64,000 nucleotides of DNA from Saccostrea cucullata (taxonomy: Eukaryota). Within the stretch, counting starts at the first letter, position 1. Each line of letters opens with the position of its first letter. Below the pieces are notes generated by a model that did not search any database, had not been told where the DNA came from, and was given only the letters and a program-made list of their open reading frames with translations. The stretch lies in NCBI RefSeq assembly GCF_032062105.1, contig NW_026930986.1:124001-188000 (forward strand), read 5' to 3'. The position numbers were made by a program, and so were the translations under genes. Of this stretch, positions 39,401 through 53,043 are shown piece after piece.

Positions 39401-42400
39401 ACAACAAAACTTCTAACAGTAAAAACTTGGCTTAGGTTTATAGTAAGATAGACCTTGTTTATAATCTTTAAATACCCCACATGACAAGCTGCCTGGGTCT
39501 GAGATGATAAATCAGTACTAAGAGAGGGAACATAAATTAGAACGTTTTCTGATAACAGTGTTTTTAAATCATACCAGATCAGGGGCCTGTTTCACAAACA
39601 TTTCCTAAGATATGTCGTAAGACATAACTTAAGATATGCCTAAGTTATAACTTAGGAAGTTCCAAGATTTGTCACAGCTGTTTCACGAAACAATCTTATC
39701 TTAAATTTTTCCTAAGTCATTTCTTAAGTTGTACCTTTATAAGGACTAATAACTTCTCCGCTCTATCTACAACTCTCAGTATGTCAGTCTGGGTTATATT
39801 TTTAGCTTCAAAAAACGGAGGGGATTATCCCCACTTTCAAAGGACTTGGACAGAAGTAAGTTTTACTTTGCGAAGTTTGCTGCTAGAACTAAGCATTCAC
39901 AGACACACCCTTTCAAGCCTTCTTCCCATCCGAGCACACGACATATGTATTTTTTAAAATATTGTTCCACGTTTTATAGGTTTACTTTATTTTGCTCTTT
40001 ATAAAGTATCGATCCCGGGTATTGTTTTTTACTATACTTTTCTACTTGTCAATTATTGAATGAAATTTTAAAATGATTGCTTCTTAGTGAACACATGTGA
40101 GGGCAATAAAAAATGCTTTTCTAATGACTGTTCCACGTTAGTTGTTCGTGCTGTGTAAAGCTTTCTCACATATATAAAATAAGAATACCATGCTAGAAAA
40201 AAAATCCCAAATTTGCGACTACAGATATGAAAATACCAAAGAAGAAGTTAAAAAAGGAAATTTATTGAAATCTCTTGCACAGCTATACATTTATTAAGCT
40301 GGGAGCATAACTGGTTGTAATCGCATGTCCGTAGGAACTTGAAGAGCACGGGAGGGGGGTATAATAATAATTTTCCTATGTATAGAATTCTATAGAAAAC
40401 AAAACTTCGTTATGTTTGTGTCTTCTCAATAATAACGTCCTAGAGGAGATTATCTGCAACCATTCTTGGGAGAAACATCTACTAGTATATATCCGGAGCT
40501 TGGTTGGGGGTTCATCAAAAATCATGTACTTATCTAAAGTGAACAAGTGTTTTCATTCATCTAGAACATCCTTTTTCAAATTCTATTTTAATATCCATTA
40601 ATATATTAGTAATATATACATAAATATACATGTACATGTAGATAAAAACATATATGCATGCATGTTTACTAGTTGGATCAAATCATGTGCTATTTTTTGT
40701 TAACAAAGGTGTGCTCTTCAAATGATTGGGAATTATTCCAGTATGTGTACATCTATTTCGCCAACTCTAATTTTGTGAACGGATATTTTTATATACCTTG
40801 GACAATTTTGATACATGTTGGCCAATTATTGAAATTCTAGTATTTACGTGCAAAGTAAAGCAGTTTAACCTGGATAGAGCGAAATCATCCATATACTAGT
40901 AGTTCATTGGATTTTCTCTCCCCAAACACATTCTCTCTCTCCATAAGAAATCTTGGATATGCAGTCGTATTATTTAGTTTCTTCCTAAGTCATCGATTTA
41001 CCTGTCCTAAAGTTACGACATAACTTAGGAATATCCTAAGATAAGACGAGGTTAGTGAAACGGATAAGTAATGAACTTAGGAAAAAGTTCTTTCCTAAGA
41101 TATAACTTAGTCCTAAGTAAGCTTTGTGAAACGGGCCCCAGTACTCTATATACCAGATGTATGTACTAACTTAAAATTAATTTACATTAAGGAATAGGAT
41201 TTTCACCTAGCATAAAAAGAAAAAATAAATTAACCAGTGCTATAATGAAAAGAAATGATTATCCCAAGTCATATCAAAGCAACCTATTTCTTGATGATGT
41301 ATATAATTCAATTATAGTTTTAATTGCAGTGTTGATCACTCTTATAAGGGAAAAAACCAGACTGGATGGATCTAATTTTGTAAATTAACATATGTGGGTT
41401 TTGTTCTCTTATCAGGTACTATTTTGGCACCAAGTTAAAGATCACTGATAGGTTTGTTGTTCAGGTAATTCCTAATAAGGAAACAACTCTTCTGATTGAT
41501 GGTCTTTGGACTCAGTTGTCATGTTTAGTCTCTTACCATTCCCATTTCTAACAGATTCTTATTCATAACTCAATCAAGAAAAAAAAAATGAAAAGCTAAA
41601 TCTACCTTGCAGTTACTATAGGTCTTCTTAATCACATAGAATGATAAGTGAGCAACATTACAAACCAAATTCTAATTTTGCTGTTACAGAAAAATATGAC
41701 TTCATATTATATGTATTTTGATGACAACTTCTAGTTGCACACTTTAATGCACTTAGTTTATACATAGGAGAAACTGTTGAAGACTAAATACTTTGGTCCA
41801 CATGTAATAAAAAGAGTAACGAATTCTTCTTGATGGGGGTGATATATTGTGCTTGAGAGGGTGATATAATATGGACCTTAAAAGCATGATATATTGTGCT
41901 TAAGGGGTGATATATTTTGCTTGAGTGTGATATATTTTCTTCAGGGGTGGGGGATGTGATATACTGCCCTATTTTATACTAGACAAGGCTAACTTCTCAG
42001 AAGAATGACTAACCAGTACATGTCCTGTCTTACTATTGTTATAGTAGACAACAATAAAATCTATACCTATCAAGTATCTGAGACCCTGTCCCAGACCGGG
42101 CTGGGCTATATATGGTAACATAACATGTTTTGTAGTGTATTAGGCTGTCAGTAATCTAAGCATTAAATGCCTCACTGCTAGTGCCATGCTGGGAGTGTCC
42201 TTGTATATCCAAGTTTATTACTAATATACTCCATCTGCATAATACACATAATTAGTATAGTATTGAAATTTACATAACAATGGGATAATACTTTAAACTG
42301 TTACCATGCAGATGTAAATGTCAAGTCTATGCAATTCATTTATACATATACCAGGTACAAATTATTGTAACAGTTAAACTGGAGTATGATCTCAAACACT

Positions 42401-42887
42401 GATATCATGAATACCATGGATATTAATGTCAAAGTAATTTGGAAGTCCCAGTGACTTATTATTCTTAAAGCATTTGAAGTGTTACATTCAATTATCCCAA
42501 AACCTTGGATAATACCTTGGTCCAGATGGGTTTGAAATAACAAGGTTTGACTGTATTTAAAATTCTGTATTCTAATCCTTTTCCATTTTGCTTATACATG
42601 CATATCATTTCCTTAACACTATTTAAATATCAATTTCATTTTGGGGGGGGGGGGGGGGGGGGGGTTGAGGTATATATAGTCTATCTGAAAGATATGCTAC
42701 GACATCAGTAATGAAGTGAGCTTAAATTTTTTATCATGTTGTGTGATATCTGAAAGTGAAAAGGAAAATAATATTCCCAATAGCTGGCTATTAAAACATC
42801 AATGAATAAATTTGTACGTATTGAATATTTGTATCATAAATTACTCTCACCAATGCTGGCTGCTTCATTTGATGCACAGACTCCCAT
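26884..42887 (-). CDS. AIFM3: Apoptosis-inducing factor 3-like Rieske [2Fe-2S] / FAD-dependent pyridine nucleotide oxidoreductase
   Basis: Exons 5'->3': 42887-42851, 38326-37563 (or 37527), 36991-36843, 34258-34039, 33715-33589, 33240-33128, 33019-32933, 32648-32557, 32137-32007, [31282-31167 or 30296-30181], 29647-29512, 29399-29323, 29150-29033, 28510-28412, 28092-28017, 27885-27781, 26938-26884. Rieske [59 protein letters not shown]. All phases consistent. Confidence 0.93.
27666..27801 (-). repeat. 35-bp tandem repeat (4 copies) reiterating the donor of the penultimate AIFM3 exon
   Basis: CTACACTTACTGAACTTCACTTTTTAGGATCTACT at 27666, 27701, 27736, 27771. Degenerate related units at 27385-27660. 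Confidence 0.95.
30181..30296 (-). CDS. AIFM3: AIFM3 mutually exclusive exon B (116 nt)
   Basis: ttag|GGATGGAG...AAAAAG|gtaaaa. Encodes (G)[38 protein letters not shown]. Confidence 0.9.
31167..31282 (-). CDS. AIFM3: AIFM3 mutually exclusive exon A (116 nt; absent from ORF track)
   Basis: acag|GAATGGAG...CAGAAG|gtacca. Encodes (G)[38 protein letters not shown], with the same length and phases as exon B. Confidence 0.9.
34395..36460 (+). mobile_element. HINE-like element carrying a satellite array of about 170-bp units
   Basis: AACAAGAGGCCCACGGGCCTTATAGGTCACCTGAGT start. About 6 units CCCCTGACCCTGGGGCCAT..AATTTTGG..GAGGCACTC. End ATAGGTCACCTGAGTGACTCAGGTGACCTAAAAA. Confidence 0.8.
35766..36398. 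mobile_element. Foldback-type MITE nested in the HINE
   Basis: TIRs TATGGCACGCCAAATTCACAAAAATGAG. Interior built of about 21-bp AAACTATAGTTTAC units. CACACG on both flanks. Confidence 0.85.
37590..37715 (-). repeat. 24-bp coding tandem repeat in AIFM3 acidic exon
   Basis: [32 protein letters not shown]. Confidence 0.8.
39583..41138. mobile_element. PIF/Harbinger-type non-autonomous element
   Basis: cag|GGGCCTGTTTCACAAA ... TTTGTGAAACGGGCCC|cag, with a 3-bp CWG TSD and subterminal CCTAAG repeats. Confidence 0.85.
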
Positions 42888-44359
42888 AACAGTTAAATCT
42901 AAGTCCTGAACTTCAACAATGAGCACAAAACTTTAAATTTAATAATTCTAGGATAGATGTGCAAGTCCAAGAAATATTTGAGAGTGTCACAAATGACTAT
43001 AAGGGTGGGGTACAGAGTTTACTGTGTATAGTTTATCTCCCAAGACAAATGTATCCTCATAAAGTCAAGGATTCCTATAAAACCATTACCCTGATAACAC
43101 TTAATGGGAAAGGTAATGAAAGATTCATCTCAATCAAGTCCTAGCTAGTGACAGACCTCTGCTAAATATGACTGGAAATCAAACTATTTAAAACATTTTT
43201 CAAAATATTTGCAGATGCATGTGTATATTGCTGTTACTTTGCTTGAAACTATTATAACATAATGCTGGACAAAATTAAGTTATAAATGGGCATAAATGTA
43301 ATTGCAAACTAACAATAAAAAAATGGACACTCATGAAAAAGACATCAAATTTGTTTCCTTGCTGTTCTCTTCAATAATTCAATTCTTTAGAAATATTAAA
43401 ACATAAGAGTTATCTCCCTTAAGATTGAAAACTGAAGTGTGTGTCACCCCAAAGAAACCTCAGGGAAATACTTTAAATTTTCTCTCTTGGGTTAAATTTG
43501 ATTACATAAGGTGTAGAAAAGGTCTTCATTTCCTTACAGAGTCAACTAATCCCTTCCTGATCAGTGATCTAAGCCCTGGAGACTGGAATGATTAAGATTT
43601 ATACTGGATGAGTCCACAGATTAGTATCAAAAACCCTCCAGACCATTAGATATATATCTTACATATCATAGCTTTTAAAGATCCACCATCTCATTCATTT
43701 ACACTCTTATTGCCATCTCATCCTCAATTTCATTTTTAAAAATTTATAATATTGGATCTCAGTCAAGTTTTTATCTGCATGCAGGCTATGAGTTTGAAAA
43801 TGAAATAACATCTCTATCAATATTTTGAGCCATGGGAAAAAAGTGATAGACATCAACTGCAATGTTATAGTAACAAGAATAGTTTTATATGCTTCACTGA
43901 TTTAAAGTGAAAGGTGAAATCTGTGGGTTCTTATAAATCTTCATCCTTCAGGAATATATATAAAAAGACATATTCAGTCCATGTTTAACCTAATTATGTA
44001 TACATGCAAAATCTATGCACTTCTACATTATTAATATACCAGTCACTACTCGATTGTATGCATTTTCTCAATAACATAATACCTGAACAATTGAATATGC
44101 TGCATTTTTTTTACATGCAGTATTGCCATAAATTCGCAGAAAATTCATTCTTCTGATAAAATATTTTAACATAAACAGAACACTTGATCTATATCCAATG
44201 TACAGTAAATGAAAAACAAGTAAATACATGTGTATTTAATTAGTAAGTCACATATCAAGTGAAACATGTTCATGTACTAGTATGTTTTAATTAGGGGTGT
44301 ACATATAGTATATACTATACAATCATGATTTGTGATGTAACAATTGTGATTTACAATAT

Positions 44360-44520
44360 ATAATAAAACAATAATGAACTCTTTTGGTGTTGAGTACGGT
44401 TTGTTGTTCACCAGAAAAATAGCAAATATTGACCTTGGCTTCCCCGTGGTTAATATTGATATCTTCTGGTGAACAACAAACCATATCTGACACCAAAAGA
44501 GTCCATAATATTGTATGATA
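44360..44520. mobile_element. Palindromic MITE
   Basis: CTCTTTTGGTGT..GGTTTGTTGTTCACCAGAA / TTCTGGTGAACAACAAACC..ACACCAAAAGAG arms. Confidence 0.7.
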
Positions 44521-45509
44521 TTCAATGACATATCAAATAAACACTGATATTGTTAATGTTTTTGATATTTACATAAACTCAGCTTTCTGAAAATGAAAAT
44601 ATTTCCACTTCATTCCATTTTTTATCTGTAAATCTATAATCCCTAGCGAATCCATCCTATGCTGAGAGGGAAGCCATCATAATTAGTGTTTACAGAAACT
44701 GATTGTTTGCCATTCTATACAAAGGACATAAATGAGATACTCATGATCAGGAGGTCTTATAAATAGTAACACAAATTATATGCTGTAAAAAGAGGAATCT
44801 TTGACAATGTATTAATAATGAATATGTGGTGATAATGAACAGTATACCAGCTCGAAAGTCCAATAAATTACAAAACAGGAGCGGAGACAATAAGGACACT
44901 ACAAGTTTGGAGCAGAGGAAACACAGACCTCCAAAATATCAGAGGTGGGATCAGGTGCCATGGAGGGGTGAGCATCCCCTGCTGACCAGTCACACACTCT
45001 GTGTGCTCCTTGTCAGGTTTCGAATGAATATAACAATTATCAAAGTTTCCAATTCCATAAACAATTTTTCTAGAAAACCACAGTTTCCTCTCTTAAATAT
45101 AACCACTTTTACAATATACTCATGATCATGATTTAAAAATCCAAAAAGATGATTCTAAATCCAAGTATATCTTGGCAGAAAGATCTCTGTATTAGAAATT
45201 ACTAATTTAGAACAGGCAGACAACAATTTATTCTGCTTTAAGGAGAGCTTATATTAATTGTTTCTTTAATGCAAATATTAAAAGCAAATTTGAGTTTACA
45301 AAATCCAACTTTCTGCAATAACCCTGATTTTAAATTTAAAGAAATTTCAACATGAAATTTACATCTCATACTGCTCTAAATAAACTGATTGTGGGCTTCC
45401 CATCAGCTAGTCTTTTTGTACTTTTTGAAAGCTGATATAAAAAAAAAAACAACTTATTTTTAAATTAGTTAATTACTATATACATGTAAATGCAGGTGAT
45501 ATAACTTAC

Positions 45510-45543
45510 TGAAGTCGTAAGATTTGGACTGTCCTTTGCCCAT
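45510..45543 (-). CDS. AIFM3: AIFM3 alternative first coding exon (MGKGQSKSYDF)
   Basis: Strong Kozak CACCATGG. Phase-1 donor TTCA|gtaagt is compatible with the acceptor at 38326. Candidate acceptor tttttcag at about 45632. Confidence 0.7.
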
Positions 45544-46119
45544 GGTGAAGTAGACAGAACTTTTAAATTCCTCAGCAGCTGGCAGTATTCTGTACTCCCC
45601 TCATTTCTGTGCAGGTTTTACAAAAAGTCATCTGAAAAATATAACAATATGGTCACAACACTTGACGTCTAAAGGTAAATTTTACATAATGACTTATACA
45701 GGTATACAATCTGGAAAACAGAACTGTGAATGGTGAGAACCTGGAATCTCAATAAGGAAATAACACTGAAGGACTACCGCTTCATATCTCAATAAACTTC
45801 CGTTATGAACACTTTTGTTTGCTAGCTGATACATGTTACAAAAGTCCACAATATATAATACACATTGTTTGCTCCTTTAAAAAAAGAAGAAAAGGCAATG
45901 ATAATAAGATTATTAAATGACACATCTTTTGAAAGCTCTTTCGCTAATGTATCAATAACAAGCATTAGACCTGCTGGTTTGTCCATTATAGAATCCAGGG
46001 CTAGACTGATGAATCACCAGTGAAGCAAAAAGGCTTAAAAATCAACAGGTAATAAAACAGATCACAGGGTCACCATCAGATAACAAGCATTAAAAAAAAA
46101 GAACAGGGCAGTCTAGAAG

Positions 46120-46219
46120 GTTAGACACTGACCATTGCGTCACTCTGTCAATGTGTTGGCTGGTTTGTTAGACACTGACCATTGCGTCACTCTGTCAGTG
46201 TGTTGGCTGGTTTGTTAGA
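46120..46219. repeat. Direct tandem duplication of about 47 bp
   Basis: GTTAGACACTGACCATTGCGTCACTCTGTCARTGTGTTGGCTGGTTT x2. Confidence 0.9.
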
Positions 46220-49200
46220 GGGACCTGTTTGTGTGGCAGACATTGGACTGATCACTGATCACATCTCAAACTGCCCCCAGCCATTCCACAGATAGTCAAT
46301 ACACATTGTCACTTACTCAAGTGCAATTTACATGTTATTTTCCCTAGGCTGATTTTTTTTTTTTTGTCAAACAATTCAAAGCTATTAAACAAAAATATAA
46401 AAAGTTTCTATTTTTCTTAAACCCATTAGGTACAAAAAGTAAACCTTTAATAAAAATAAACATCAATTACTTACAAATTGTCCCTGGAAAACCTTAGCTA
46501 TAGGACTATTGTAATTCAAGGGCAATATACGAGTACATATTAACAGACACCTAAGTAAGGTGTGATGGCATAATGAAGGTGAATAAGTCCTAGGCACTCT
46601 CACATGTTAATTATGTGTGTCTGTATATGGTCTAAACCAACAAGCACAGAATCATATGACAGTTCATTTGTCTTAGTCTAGCTAAGTCATTAATACTAAT
46701 AATTAACAAACAAAACTATAACTCTCGATGAATTCAAAAGTTAAGAGTAAAATTTAGTGAAAAATAAAGAACCAATAAAATTAAATGTGACTTTTAGGAA
46801 ATTTGTATAATACATGTAATAAAAAAAACATAGGGCTAATTATTAAAACTTTTAATTAATTCTTAATAATAATAAAGTAAAAGATATACTACAAATGAAA
46901 TTGAAAGTGAATTTTGGGCAATATACAAAACATCAGATAAAAAAGCATATTTAATATATTTTTTCCAATAAAATTATTTAACGAAATTTGAAATGACTAC
47001 TTCTACAAATATGAATTTCACACAAACCTAACGAGCACCATGAATCTAATTCCCAGCATAACGCTCTGGTCTAGTACACATAATGATTATGAATTTGTCC
47101 TTGCACACTTAACATTACAGAGAATAGCATAAACATGTCACCGCTACCATTTCCCAAAGCATGACGATTACGTGGTGGGAATTCACAGTCCATGGTCACA
47201 GAGGCGTTCCCCATCGAGATAGGCTCCAAAACAATGACCACAACAGTCTAGGGTCTCAGGCCTCGTAATTACTTACAGCCAGTCGTAATAAACAAAGCTG
47301 TTTATTGAAAACGTACAAGCACATTTATACACAGAATTACCTTAGTTGCTTATTTTCTCACAAGATTACATTTTTACTGTATTTATTACAGCATATACAA
47401 ATATAATGACATACAAAATGTCTTCTGTGCAAGTGACAGATAATTTGAAGCTTTATAAAAACTATCTGTAGTTTTTTTAACATAACACACACTTATAAGG
47501 AGAAGATGGAGTAAGCTTATACAGTGTACAAAAATTAGAATAAAAGCAAATTTTTTTATAAATCAAACGAGTTGTTCATTTGTCCATAAAATGGCTACAA
47601 TATCCTGCCTTCTTTCCACAAACATGTGTTGGGATGCATGCAGATTAATATGACTAGTTGACTGCTTAATATGAACTTAATCTAGTAGTTTTTGAAAATT
47701 AAGTTATGACTTTTTTAGCTCAGTATTTAAGATTTATTTACCCACCCTGTTTTGCCTTTTTTTTTATTATCATCCCTTGGAAGGCAGTGTGGCCATTCCT
47801 TTTAAAAATTGAATTCTCTTTACAAAATGACACTCAATAAGTTTGGTTGATTATTAGTTCACTGAAAAATAAGACAGATCTATGAACAGACAGACAGACA
47901 AACTGACATAAGACAAACTTGTAACAGAAAAGCTTCCTCAAGCTTTAAGCTCAGGTGAGACTGATTCTTCGTAACTGGTGAAAAAAGTAGCAATAACAAA
48001 GTGACCCGTTCAACTTAATATCTAGCAAAGATGAGACATTATAAATTAAAGTTTAATGAATGCAGATTTCCATTTGCTCATAGCTATTCTCCTAAGTCAC
48101 CAAATTTGAGGCATGAAATCTCACAAGATTTATTAAGTGATAAATGAAGGCTCTTGACATCTAATTTAATGAATAATATCCTATATTTTTGCATTTTTAA
48201 CAGAATTAAAAAAAGAAGTAGGAGGTGTATTCTTATCATTGTTTCAGTTATATAAGCAAATCCAAGTCGCAAATAATATACTGTCAGGTGTGCAAGTATA
48301 CCTGTACTACCCTCCTACACATCGCGGCACTGAGGTAACACAAAATGACTACAATCACCAACAACAGGGAAATAATTGTTTTACAGATCTGTCAACTTTA
48401 TAATAACAGGCGAAAGAGAATTAAGACAGGACAACAGAATCATTTACTTGATGTCAAAAGGTCACAGGTGGCCAATGAAAAGGTTACAGTAAATTGATAA
48501 AATAATATATGTAATACATGTGTCATTCTTTAAAATACAAATAATTTGAAAATTGTTAAATGGATATTTTAATACTGAGTTTCCTTTTTGATCTGTGTCT
48601 GTCCTGTATGTACATCAATCTGAATGTCTGGGTTCTAATGTCTGGATTCTAATGCTTAGTCTGTTTGCAAGATACAGCAATGATACTCAAAAAATATATC
48701 ATGGTTTTTAATTAAATCTTCCAAAAAAAAACATTGATTGCTTGACCTGGAAATATTCAATTTTGTGGTACCGATAAATGGAGGATTGAATTTTTGATCA
48801 GATATTGCACAGATTGTTTAGATAAGAAAACAAAACTAGAAGGGAACTGTCCTAAAAGGATCTATGCTCCATGGTCAAACCAGAAAAAAGGCTCTCTGTC
48901 ATGAAAATTTTCATAATTCATGGCCCTTATGTTGTGGAAATGTAATAAATGCTTGGAGTTGTATCACCTCTGGTTAAAAACAGCAATAGTGATTCCAATG
49001 TTCTAACCAAAAGGATGTCCAGTCCAGAGTAGTTAATGCATAATTTTTTCCCCAGAGGGAGGGGGAGGCTTTGACAAGTGCACCCTTCAAACTCTGATCA
49101 TGGCCTTAACTTCATGCAGAGATTACACCAAGTCCTTTAATGTATTTTTATTCCTAAGTATCTTATTTATAACATCAAAGGTTAAATCTGGTAAAAAACA

Positions 49201-49895
49201 TGATAAACCAGCTAAAACAATATGCTTCCTGTCCAAAAAAAGACAAAAAACCACAAAAAAAGCTTACCTAAGTCTTACTGCATCTGATGTCAGCCTAAAT
49301 CTACAGTATGTCTATCAACAGTGTAACTGGAAGGGATCATAAACAATTCACATGCTACTTGTCAGCAACATGTGACAAAAATTACAGCACATTTTAACAT
49401 GTAGCTGCTGTCAATTTGGAATATTTAATTAGCTGCACATTACTCCAGGGCATTCGTTTTATAAAGGTATAACAATCCTGGTGATACAAAATTAATATGA
49501 CCAAGTTTTTACATTCAAAAACTTTGAAATATGCAATCCTAATTTGATTTTAAAAATAGTATTATTAAGAGCTATTTGTAGACACAAGATAGATTTAAAG
49601 AAGAGAGTACTGAAGTAAATTGTTCACTTGTTGTAGATTTTCATTTATAAATTGCATACAAGCATATAAAACAATGCAGAATATCAGTTCAAACTCTTCT
49701 CACTCTACGTATTAACATCAATTCTCTGTAAGGACCAAAAATGCTTGGCCACGCACTATCATGGAATTTTATTTTATCAATATAATATTAAAGAGTGTCC
49801 TATATAAAGACTATAGGTGGGTAAATTTTGGACAGTGCTTCCTTGGTTTCCATAGCAACGGCCTTGAAATATTTTGCCGTGGCGAAAATGACCTG

Positions 49896-51287
49896 GCCCC
49901 GAGGTTATAAAACTTTTACTGTACTCATACTCCAACTCAAACTCCAATCTCCAAGTATGAACTCCACTGAGTACGTTTCTAAATTTGAGGTTATAGATAT
50001 TTGGAGTACAATCTCCACTGAGTTAAACTCAACGGATTTGGAGTACAAACTCAAACTCTGGAAAAGGAAATCTTTAGCTTTTGGAGGTAAAAATTATGTA
50101 AACTTACATATTAAAAAGAGAGTACAAGCACGCGCTAGTACGCAGTATACGCCATATGAGGACAATTTATGTAAATAAATGCCTGCTTCATTCTGTCATT
50201 CACAAATGGAAAGAAAAAGATAAAAAACATAAATTATTTTCTTTTATGCATATTTCATATATACGAAATCATTAAAGTATTCTTTTTAAAGTTCACTCAT
50301 TGAAAACTGTATGCACGGTCCACTTCTTTGATTTTATTGAATTTCATGATTTTTTGTTGATACATGTATTTTAATTTCTTATACAGTGCTTTATCATTCA
50401 CTGACATTCAGTATAGATAAAAGAAAACACCAGTTAAGTAATCGATGTGATACTCTTATTTATAAACAATTTTTAAGTAATTTAATTTATAAATATGAGA
50501 TCAAAGTGAGAGTAAAAGATTCTTTAAAAAAAATAAACCCTTTGACAAAGGCTGCAACATAGATTTTGAAATAATGTCATCATATATCTAATGCATTGCC
50601 AAATCGGTTCCCTGTTTAGAACACAGGCACCTAACAAATGGATGGTGTAACACCCCAACCAACCCCACTCCCCCAGCTTCTGAATTTTTTTTTTTATACA
50701 CGTTACAAAACCTTATCAAAAATACATGAATTCCTACTCTATCATTCTTATATTTCAATTTCTGCTATCATTTTACGCTTCTGGTAAGATTTGGAGATTG
50801 ACCCTATTCTCGGATTCCGGGAGAATTAAGGGGGGAGGGGGGGGTGTTTACATCACCCATTCGTCAGGCCTTTGGTTCAATTCGCAACTGCTCAAATGAC
50901 TGAACTAAACAGTTAAACTTACATGTACATAAATCATTTCAATAACTTATAATAATTAAAAAAGAAGAAAAAACTTAAATCCAATGATAATGTAGACATA
51001 GCATATTTATGATGGGGTAATCCGTATGGCGAAAAAGAATTATGGTGCAAACGGATCATGCAAGCCGGTAGATAGGGTGAAATAACCCAATACATGACAC
51101 TTGAGATTGACTCTGAGGTTGGTTTGGAGCATACTTGAAAATTCTTGAGTTTGTACTCCGTTTGAGTTTGAGTATGAGTATAATGATTTTTTATAACCTC
51201 GACTTTGGAGTATGAGTATGAATTTGGAGTACGGAGTTTGAGTTTGAGTACGAATTTGAACTCTAAAAAGTTTTATAACCTCGGGGC
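49896..51287. mobile_element. PIF/Harbinger-type non-autonomous element
   Basis: ctg|GCCCCGAGGTTATAAAACTTTT ... AAAAGTTTTATAACCTCGGGGC|ctg, with subterminal ACTC/GAGT short repeats. Confidence 0.85.
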
Positions 51288-52618
51288 CTGATTGCCATCA
51301 CCATGCAAAATAATTCCATGCTTCCTTAATGTAGAAAAGTTGAGAATGTAACACGGGTCTCATTTTATAGCTAATTAATCAAAGTTTCTTGGCATATTAA
51401 TTTTATTCAATTTAACTCAAGGTTTTTAATATAATACAGATCAATTTACACAAAGATTGTCATAAAATGAATACAAAGGTACCTTTTTCTTCACGTGCAT
51501 ATAAATTTTTGCAGGCAATTTCAACCTATGTAAAAGATTTTTTCAGTTAGATATAACTTAGATCTAAAAGATACAAAAAGATTTGAGGTGGGTAAATTAG
51601 TTAAATGTTGTTTTTCAATCGCCTGAAAATGGCTGAAATCATCACTTTTCATGAAAATTGACCGAGAGTTATTTCCCTTTGCTGACTCTGACTCTCCTGT
51701 CTAAAGAATCTTCTTCAACATGTGGCAAAAGAAGACACCAGGAAAATAAACAATGAGAAAATGATGTAACTGTTTAAAATGGAATGACAAAGTAAGTCAT
51801 CAATCAATTAATGAAAATGAAATGGACACTTGTGAAATTTTGGAACAAAATGAAGTCTGACGAGAGGGGTTCCATCTATTTTAAAAACCAATGCATTATG
51901 ATGCAAATGGAAGAAAACATTAACAAGCAGTGGATACGACCACCCGGAAATCAATAGGAATGGTTCTACCCTAGACACAGGTAAAAAAAATGTAGAAAGT
52001 TGCGTTTACTTCAGAATTAAAGCAAATAACTTACACTGGAAAATCATATAACTATTAGGAGGAGAATAGATGATGTAACTTAAGTTTCTGTGTATGAAAT
52101 GAAAAATTAATATGTGTTTTCGGGTACAGACTACATGTACATTGTTGTTTAGTTAGTTAGTTTTTTTTTTTTTTTTTTTTTTTTGGGGGGGGGGGGGGGG
52201 GGAGGGCTAAAGGGTATTAGGGAAAGTGTGTATAAATTAGAGACAGATGTAAACAGATGCATGCATATTATAAGGCATTATTCAGTTTGACTGTGAAAAA
52301 ACCCATATTTTTTAATTAACTGTAGCTATATATACACACTTTTAAAAAATATATAAATGATATGCCCTTGTATATGTATGTTTTCATGCAAATTTATTTC
52401 ATTCTGATAATAAATAACTTCTTTTATTTTTTAGATGTACCAATTCAGTTAGATCTATGAAATAAAAGATGAAAAGATACATTGAGAATTCATTTTCAGT
52501 AAAAAGCAGGTGAGATTTTTTTTAAATATTAAAATTATCTGTATAAGGAAATGAACATTTTTCATAATTTAATGCTAATAACTACCACAGCAAAATTAAA
52601 TCTTTTATTAATGTCATG

Positions 52619-53043
52619 ATTTTTATGCGCCTGGATCAATAGATCCGAGGCATATTTTGTTTTTGTCCTGTCTGTTTGTCTGTAATGTGTTGTCAACTTT
52701 AATCTTCGCCACAACTTTTGAATCATCAGAGATAGAGACTTCATATTTGATATGCATACTCCACCAATGAAGCTGTTGCAAATGACACCAAAATCAAGGA
52801 CCTAATGACCTTGACTGTTACCTATATGCTAAACATAGCTTTTTCGGAACTTTCGTCATAACTTGTGAATCATGAGAGATAGAGACTTCATATTTGGTGT
52901 GCCTACTCCACTAATGAAGTTCTTCCAAATGACACCAAGGTCGTTGACCTTGTGACCTTGACTTTGAATTATCTGTAAAAAATAGTTTTTTTTTAAATTT
53001 GTTGCCGCCGGGTATATAGTGTTTCACAATCACATCTTGTTTT
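52619..53043 (-). mobile_element. HINE-like element with two internal units
   Basis: Hairpin ATGCGCCTGGATC..GATCCGAGGCAT, (TCTG)n, duplicated GAGATAGAGACTTCATATTTG units, CATCTTGTT end. Confidence 0.65.

Noticed and set aside
49828-50178. 116-aa ORF
   Set aside because: It crosses the Harbinger TIR boundary and its subterminal repeats, with no transposase motifs.
46300-52050. Additional AIFM3 5'UTR exons (donor-like sites near 46316, 47276, 49267, 52034)
   Set aside because: Plausible, but not supportable without transcript data.
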